28,596 nt of DNA from Catajapyx aquilonaris (Eukaryota), in the NCBI GenBank assembly GCA_000934665.2, contig KZ538260.1, forward strand, positions 62,001 to 90,596. The letters are read 5' to 3'. The first letter of the stretch is position 1. Each line of letters opens with the position of its first letter. The translations under genes and the position numbers were made by a program. Under the pieces are notes generated by a model, which worked only from the letters and a program-made list of their open reading frames with translations, was not told the DNA's origin and ran no database searches. This document shows, piece by piece, positions 20,801 through 28,596 of this stretch.

Positions 20801-23800
20801 CCTGAAAGATCACCACTCCCTACGGATCTGATATCATTTTTATCCTCCTCGCAGACTCCCACACCATTTACAAGTGAAAGTGTTTCGCATTCCACACCTC
20901 AAGGAGTGAAGGTGATCTATTTTTTTTTCTCTCCCATCTAGTACGTAATTAATGCTTCTTCGCACCTTGTTTGGTGTTTGGAAGGTTGTAGAATCAAGTC
21001 GGCAGCAACAGCTGTCTTTCTTTTCTTATGTTTTCCGCTGATTTTTTTTGGGTGATATGCCATCCATTTAACGCATGAGTTGCATTTACCCAGTAGCAAC
21101 GCCCCGAGATATTAGATGCTTCTTTCACGCTAACAACCCCAGTTCGAGCCTGAACGCGTCGGCCTTCAGGAAGGAAGTCCAGTTATTCAGTGTGGTCAAC
21201 TGATATCCCGTTGACCCATTTTGTGGCCCTCTAGGGCATTCGCGGCTGGAGAGTGTAAAAAGATGGATTAGAATTTATTATGTAATAAGTTCTGGGGAAA
21301 AAATTACGGCCGCTCTTTTAGTCACGTGAAGCTCAGTCGTGTTTTATATTCAGTTGTCAGGCAATACGAATTAGGTCTGCAAGGTTCTATTGGTTTATAG
21401 TGGTCTTATGTAGTTATGTTATTGGCGATGTCGTGCGGCTATTCAGATTCTCTAATTTCAATGTTCTGTAAGGAAGATTCTGTATGATTCCACTTTACAT
21501 ATTTATTACCGTACGCTATTTATGTAATTTAATATACTGTATACTGTCCGGTATACATATTGAATACCGGTACATGTAGGCTAATACATGAATTAGTTTC
21601 CCGAATTTTCTATAAGTTTATTGTACTACATGTAATACTAGTAATAGTGTGAATCATATACAACAATAATATTTTAAAATAATTGAGTACAACGTACAAA
21701 GATTTTAATATTTAAACTAGCTAGGAATATTTGATTAGTCATTAATTTGTGTTGCTAAAACAGACCCTGTTATGCTCATAATAATATTTACTTCCTGCTG
21801 GAACCACAAACAAAACATTGCGATATCCCATGAGAAACGCACGTGCGTAAGCATTAGAAAAGTCGAAACTCACTCTTACACGACTATTAAAATTCCACCC
21901 ACACTATTTCCGTAACGTATTTAGTATCCCTGTCAGCATGAATACTTGAATCGTAATTGATCGCACCAACTAACTGACAATCCGGCATAATTACATCCGG
22001 AGTGATCACTCTCCCAACAATATACATCTACATAAAAGCATGCTCACTCTACTGTGGAAGAGCACACGACTGATCATTTGCAGACTGCGAGTATAATAGG
22101 TGCCCCGGTGGATCTATTTTCACGTTGCCAGAAAAAAAAGAAGGACCAGACATTTGAATAATACAAATTACAATCAGGAAGCGGAGGAAGGGATCAAGTA
22201 CCTTGTCCTCGCATTCGAGGTTGAACTCCTGCTGGAGCTAAGTAAATCGCATCCGTGAGAGTTACCTCATCCAAGATGGAGTGAGAGTTGCCTATTTTTA
22301 GACCTAGGTAGTTACAGTTGTTTCGGCCTTCATATTTTTGCCGGGAATTTGCACCCACATGTAAGGTTTTAGTGGAGGCGATGCCGTTTATTAAAATTCA
22401 TATGGTGCGTTTAAAAACCCGTTTTTTTCTGGTGACTGACCCTTTGAAAATATGTCGTGAGTTGTTAAAAAATCATTATATGCAAATTACCAACGCCCTG
22501 ATTTATGGTGTGTGACGACAGTGTTACGTGAGGACATGCACCAAATGCAGCTTTGCCGCTAAGGGAATCTAGAGGATGAAAGGAGAAGTAGTATGGAGAA
22601 AGTGCAGAGACCGGCAGAGACGATATGAAGAGACCTCTCTGGACGGAAACTTTGTACTACGTATGTTGCCCGAACTATGATGTAGTACGAAAGCAGCGGC
22701 CCAGATAAAGTGGTCATGGTCAGTTATTATTTACGGATTAGTGAATCTTGGTTGATCAAATAGACCTGAAGGAAAAGGATATTTGCGGTGTCACAGCTCC
22801 TTGCGGAATAAAATGGCAACATGACGAGTTAGTAATGAATTTGCTGCTACTTTACTGTTACCGGTACCTATTTCTCATACCTGAAAAAATTTTAAGATAA
22901 ATTTTGGAGAGGTGGCATATCATAGATGATTATTATTAGTTATAATTAAGAATTTAAGGAACGGATATAAAACCTGAAAACACAACTGCTAGTCAACATA
23001 GAAAGTAGGCACAGTATGATAATAGGGTGACTGATACATTACCCAGGAAATAATCATAGGCAAAGCATAACAATGCTGCGTTATGCCGAGCTTCTTATTG
23101 CCCTCAGCTGTGGCGGTGGGTGGTCCTGAGTGGGTGGTACCCTATTTTGATAAGGCCATGGGTGAGCACCACATTTTAACAAATTATAAACTATAGTACC
23201 TCGTTTGCTTAATTTGATTATCAAAGATCACTAGCAATGCAACTTGCATCATTCACTACAGTAGTGTTACTTTTCATACATGTTTTAGATAACGTCTTTC
23301 CAATGCAAGACCTTATCGTAGCTTTAGTTACCGTTCCTGACGTGAAAGGTACATTTTAAGAGACCTGCCAGAGGGCGACACGTTGCACGTGATAAATACT
23401 GTGCATATTAATGCCTTCAATCACGTGTAGTAGGCCAATCAAACTGATGAATATAGAGATAAGCTACTTTATGGGCTGCGATTTCTAAACGCCGATACAC
23501 ATTCATTAACCGCCCAACCAGCCAATTTCGCTGTAAACGATCGAGATTAATGGCCGTAGATGAGACAATGAATAACAGGGAGAAAAAGCTCAACACTGAA
23601 TGATTTTTTTCCTCCTTCCTCTTTCTAAAGTGGTATTTTTTCCCCTCCTATTTTCTAAAGTGGGTGTGGACATAACATACTCTTACACTACTCTCGGAAA
23701 TGATTCACAGCAGAGAGCCCAGTTATGTCCCCATAAGAAGACAAGCAAAGTCGAAATACACACTGTTGCGCAAGCCGCTTTCAATTCGAGATTTACGTGC

Positions 23801-24643
23801 GAATAAACTTTCACCCATGTACACGCTGAGTGCTCAGGACAGATCTACAATATAACCCACATGTTTGACAGCAACAGCAATTTCCATCCCGAAAGATAAG
23901 ACGAAACTCCCGGTCACCACTTGGAAAGTCGTAATACCCGACAATGCTCTTGATTGCGCAATGATGAGTGTCTAATATATTCAAATTGTAGCGTACAGGG
24001 TCCTTTTCGCTGGCATGGAGTCCATTTGGGCGACTTGGTTGTGCTCTTTAGGTTGTTGATAAGAGATGGTTGCTTTCTTTTTGTGGACCACTATGATTCC
24101 ACGCACGTGCGTTGGGAGGCATGCCCTCTGCATTACGCTGCTCTGATGAAATGCCCTCGTGATGTGGGTCCTGGAGACTAATTTTTCAGTATATGTTATC
24201 TGTCGCCTGTCGTCCGGACTCGGAGCACCGGACAGGAACCAAACAATCCGACTATATATCACCGAGGCTGCAAAAATTTCAGCCGGCTCTCTCACATTCG
24301 AGGGACCTGCCCACTTTCTCCCGAGATTCGCGAGTTCGAGTAGGATTCGGGATTTTTTTTTTCTTTTCTTTTTCGTAACATCTTGTTTCCGTTTGTCATG
24401 CGTGGTGTGAATGAGGTGAAACCCGACTCGGAAGATAATTGGAATGCGAAATGAAGCAATATTGCTCAGTAGCAGCTAAGTAATATCATCAGCCTCACAA
24501 GGTGACTCTCTGTTTTCTAACCTTCATTTGCTGTAGATGTGTTGATGGTTGTATAGCGCCAGGATAGGTTGGCTGAACCTTTGACAGTGCATTCAGATGG
24601 TCAAATCAATTTTCTGATGCATCAGTTTCTCTTCATTAGAGGT

Positions 24644-24761
24644 AATAGGTGGAATTTTTGTCCCGCAGCTAGTTACTGCTAACTTATAGCAGTACCAATG
24701 CCAACATTGGTATACTGCTAAGTTAGCAGTAACTAGCAGTGGTACTAAAATTCCACCCATT
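24644..24761. repeat. Hairpin inverted repeat, probable MITE
   Basis: About 57-bp arms (ggtggaatttt...gctagttactgctaactta...ccaatg) with a 4-nt loop ccaa. Weaker complementarity extends to about 24618-24785. Confidence 0.75.
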
Positions 24762-25472
24762 GTTTCTGAAAAAGGGGCTAATGCAACTCCTCTCATATTT
24801 CGAGATCACTCCTTACGTCTCATTACTGTAGCCTATTGTCGTTCTGAATTTCAGGTCCTCAAAAAGATATGATTGTCATAGCTTCTTTTTTGTTATAACC
24901 ACTCTACAGACCTACAGGAGATACGTAATACGTATAACATTCTGGCCAAATCCAGCCTACTGCTCAGAAAAACTTCCCGAGCTTTCTTACAAAATTGTCT
25001 CCGTCCTTTGAAAACAAAGCGTGTACTATTAACCGCAAAAGTAATGTCGCACATACTGTATATGTGATGCCGTCCGCGATTTGTTGTTTAGCATGGGCGT
25101 TGCCGAGTTACGGATGTTAATTTGGCAATATTCCGGAATCCACAACACTTTGCTCACCGGTCGCGGTCGTGGTCCCACAATCCTGTAGCCGCACGGTCCG
25201 GGTCGCGGTTTGAGACCGCCGGCCCGCCGCTACTTATGCGTGCAACTTATTTCTAGTTTACGGAGTCTGTGTTTATAAAGCAGAACCCACTCGTATATCA
25301 GCGATTTAATTCACACTGCAATAACAATACTGCATAAGGTCTCGATTGATAGGCTGGCTGGCATCAACAACACTGTAGTCATCATCAACTATTTTTTTAT
25401 AGACCTAATGAACTTCACATTTTGCGCCACACATTAGCAAATTAAATGATGAATTTTAACGAAACGTCTAGT

Positions 25473-25640
25473 CAGTGGCAGATCCAGACATTTTTTTCTG
25501 GGGGGGGGGGGGGGNGGGCGCAAGGCTATAGGTTGGCGGGGAGGAGGGGGTGATCAGGGCCCACCGCAGGCGAAATTTTTTTCGGTTCAAGGTCCTCGCG
25601 ACCAAATCTGGGGTCGCGACCGCAAAATGGAAAAGAACCC
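25473..25640. mobile_element. hAT-like MITE fragment
   Basis: Starts CAGTGGCAGATCCAG and has a poly-G tract. Motif cccaccgcaggcgaaattttt also occurs, inverted, in the 15967-16413 element. Ends gggtcgcgacc...aagaaccc; the termini do not match each other. Confidence 0.45.
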
Positions 25641-25876
25641 ATAGAACAGTACAATTTTGCACTGTTCTAGAGGGTTTTTGCGAGTTTTCCCCCCGGTTTT
25701 GTTTGGAAGTTATAGGCAACGGAATTCTGCCAAACACACCCACCTTCCGCTCTTCCTTTTTCCATGGAAATGCACTTCACACAACAATAGGAGTAAACAT
25801 TGTTCTATTATTATTATCATTGCCCTCAGCCCCTCACACAACAATAGAAGCAATGTGGATTAAATCGCTGATAAAA

Positions 25877-26162
25877 GGGGCGACATGGTTGTCTAGCGGT
25901 TACGCCGCTGGCCAGCCAAGCAGGATGCCGGGGTTCAAATCCTGTCCCCGTCACCTCTGCTTGGCCGGGTCTTTTTTCGCTTTTCTCCCGACATGCCGGA
26001 GCAGAATTGCACTCCCTTCTCTGCTCGGGGCCAGGGGAAAATGCCTGGTGTTAAAGAATGTCAGAAATGGCTGTCGCACGTCGCCCTCCCTTGGGAACTT
26101 CCCCCTTATTCCCCCCTAAGAGGGCCACGAGCTCTATCACGGGGTAAAATAAATAATAATAA
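25877..26162 (+). mobile_element. tRNA-derived SINE, family B (full length)
   Basis: A-box-like ttgtctagcgg, B-box ggttcaaatcc, tail ccctaagagggccacgagctctatcacggggta plus (AAT)n. Perfect 15-bp TSD taaatcgctgataaa (25861-25875 and 26163-26177). Confidence 0.9.
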
Positions 26163-28004
26163 TAAATCGCTGATAAACGAGTGGGTTCTGTATTATAAAT
26201 TACACAGACTCTATAAACTAGAAATAAGTTTCACGAATAAGTAGCGGCGTTCTCAAATCGTGACCGACCCGGACCGTGCGACCGCTGCCGCGACCGTTGA
26301 GTAAAGTATTGTGGATTCCGGAATATTGCCAAATTATTAACGTCCGTAACTCGGCAACGCCCATGCTAAACAACAACGGAATCACATAACAGTGCGACAT
26401 TACTTTTGAGGTTGATAGTACAACGCTAAAAGTAATGTATCCGCCGGTAGGCCTATGAAAAAGTGGATTTTCATGTGATGGAATGATAACGTATGATACA
26501 GAATTTATGTCAAGAAAAGTATCTTGACGGAATGAAATTTCAATATAATTTAAGTAATAGTCCACAAGTTGTCCAATGACACGATCAAGGGCATGATGCA
26601 ACCAAGAATATTTTGGAAAGCATTTCAAATGCTAGCCAAAATTGGGTTTTATAGACATCCTGTATACATTCTTCCTGGTGCCGCGCACCATACGACATAC
26701 GTCATATGTGGCATGCAGCCAGGGTAATTATGGTTAAATTGATATTTATATAAATATTTGTTCAAACTTCAAAGAACTTTTCTTTTTCTATCTGATAATC
26801 CGAAGCCGATGGGTCCCTACTAATAGACCCGGATATACTTCGTCGTCTGCGATAATAGAATATTTGTTATTAAATGACAGAATTCAGCTAGTGAGCATGG
26901 GATATGCGTCGATTCCAGTTCTTCGTCGCGATTGGCTGATATTGTTATACTGGAATCGGTTCCTGTCGGGGGGGGATCCAGTATAGCAACTCGAAAAAGA
27001 AATCCACGTAAATGCGGGATGAACCTATCTATAAATCGTCGATCGAAACTATTTCCACATGAAATACTGTATATTTCATTCCAACCGGGTTTGTATGTCA
27101 TAGTGCAACCACCATACATCTGTCTCCAAAAGTGGTTTCCTTTTTAGTTGACCTTTTTTTGATGATGAAGAGTGGGCATTATAATGTAATAAATGAAATA
27201 TTCTATAGGCAGCTCCGCTTCTTATAGAGATTCCGATGACGTCGCTTTAAATGATTTGACCTTTTTGCATTCATTTTTTTGTCCTTTAAAACATCCCTGT
27301 AGTTAGCATTTTTGGAGTGGCTCTTCATGTGTCACTACTGGAAAATTAATTTAATATCTTAAAATTGACAGTAACTCATTGAAGTACTCTTTTTGTGTCT
27401 TGAACCTAACTTTGTCATCTTGTACCGTAACTTTGGGGTACTCCTTTGCGGGGATTTTAAAGAACTGTGTTTAACCATAGTATCAAAATAATTGGACTTT
27501 CAGTAGGCTAATTGTGAGCATTTAACCTTTAAAATCAGAGTTACAGTGGGTGAGTTTCCCATGCACCTTAAAGCAGTGTTATTCTTTGCCCTACTCTCAT
27601 TTTTGTCGAATGTAGCACACTATTTTATAATAAGAACCGACTCAATAATGTAAAATGACCGTCAAGAACTGGATATAACCGGTGAGCTTTTGTAAATGTA
27701 AATTTTTATCTTTAAAAATAAACTGAACAGAGAGGTAGCTATATTATGGATGTTGGGAGAAGTTCCCATCACGGCTGACGATACTGTACGATGTCTGTAT
27801 CTCCGATTCCCTTCATTATGCTTATGCACTTTCCAGAATTTGCTCAATTCTCTATAGCCTTTTCACACCACTCGCATTGGCCTTGGTGAATTGGGAATCC
27901 AAGGAACCTGTTCGCTATTGGGTTTAAAATGTACGCGTTCATCTTTCCAGTTTATGCGCGTTTAGTTAATCAATAATTACAGTTGCAGTATGCCTATAAT
28001 TTGG

Positions 28005-28062
<58 letters not shown>

Positions 28063-28304
28063 GATACCCCGTGATAGGCCTCCTTGGGCCTCTTACGGGA
28101 TAATCTTTTAAATACCCGACTATAATCATTGCCTGCGCTGTGATGGATTGTGGGAGGAAACTGGAGAACCCCGAGAAAACCCACGCGAACACGGAGAGAA
28201 CCCGTCGAAACTCTATCCACATCCTCCGTCCGACCCGGGGATCGAACTCGGGACCTTAGAGGAGGAAGGCTGAGCGGCGCTAACCACTCCGCCACCGTGT
28301 CGCC
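28005..28304 (-). mobile_element. tRNA-derived SINE, family C, with V-domain-like core
   Basis: A-box tggcggagtgg, B-box gagttcgatcc, core gcgtgggttttctcggggttctccagtttcctccca, shared 3' tail and an (ATT) tail of about 18 copies. TSD gcctataatttgg (27992-28004 and 28302-28314, partly overlapping the head). Confidence 0.9.
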
Positions 28305-28596
28305 TATAATTTGGCATGATTAATTGTCATTTCTATACATTTCTCTTGATATATAGGTACTATAATATTAAATTTTGAATAAGTAATTTAACGTTAATTT
28401 ATATCCAACCCTTCGCGCTTTTGTAGTATTTATAGCAGCATTGAGGTCCCTTCTGAGTAACTATAAGCCAATGTGAAATTTTATTCTGGAGTTAGGCTCA
28501 CAAGGGAAGTGTCTGTAGGGCCATCGGCCAATCAGCCCGAAAATGACACTAGGGGTAAATCGCAGGCCAGAAATTCATTGGTGAAAGTAAAAAGTC

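Larger units (their letters stand above)
25018..26427. mobile_element. Foldback-like element with about 300-bp TIRs, interrupted by a SINE and a hAT-like fragment
   Basis: The left arm 25018-25319 is the reverse complement of 25850-26427 once the SINE is removed (e.g. ttgttgtttagcatgggcgttgccgagttacgga; aatttggcaatattccggaatccacaa). No clear TSD. Confidence 0.8.

Noticed and set aside
18000..24500. Scattered short ORFs, a B-box-like agttcgagcc near 21140 and a roughly 30-bp tandem duplication at 23603-23663
   Set aside because: No splice-consistent gene model, domain or paired termini could be supported by eye.
25877..25955. tRNA genes at the SINE heads (also 28230-28304)
   Set aside because: A and B boxes are present, but they are followed by SINE bodies, tails and TSDs, and I see no convincing cloverleaf.
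27966..28295. ORFs with poly-Ile or poly-Leu tracts
   Set aside because: Translation of a SINE and its (ATT)n tail.

Overview
Eukaryotic, AT-rich arthropod DNA; I cannot identify the species. The only intact host genes are two tandem, three-exon, minus-strand pro-resilin-like cuticle protein genes (CDS 3761-4903, about 201 aa; CDS 11644-12864, about 365 aa). Each has a signal peptide, Gly/Tyr-rich arms, YGAP motifs and a Rebers-Riddiford (R&R) chitin-binding domain. The two paralogs keep the same exon phases, 60-bp first introns, the same TATA-Inr spacing and two conserved upstream blocks, one containing a Su(H)/CSL-consensus site (CGTGAGAA). The rest is largely transposon debris: a decayed Sola-like transposase, a 5'-truncated hAT transposase that still has its introns and an open frame, a non-autonomous piggyBac carrying three nested insertions, several MITEs and foldbacks, three different tRNA-derived SINEs sharing one 3' tail, two spacer-less or near spacer-less palindromes, and many probable TA-x-TA excision footprints. 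I found no prokaryotic-type system or CRISPR array. All coordinates, alignments and counts were made by eye, and family names come from motif recall rather than database searches.
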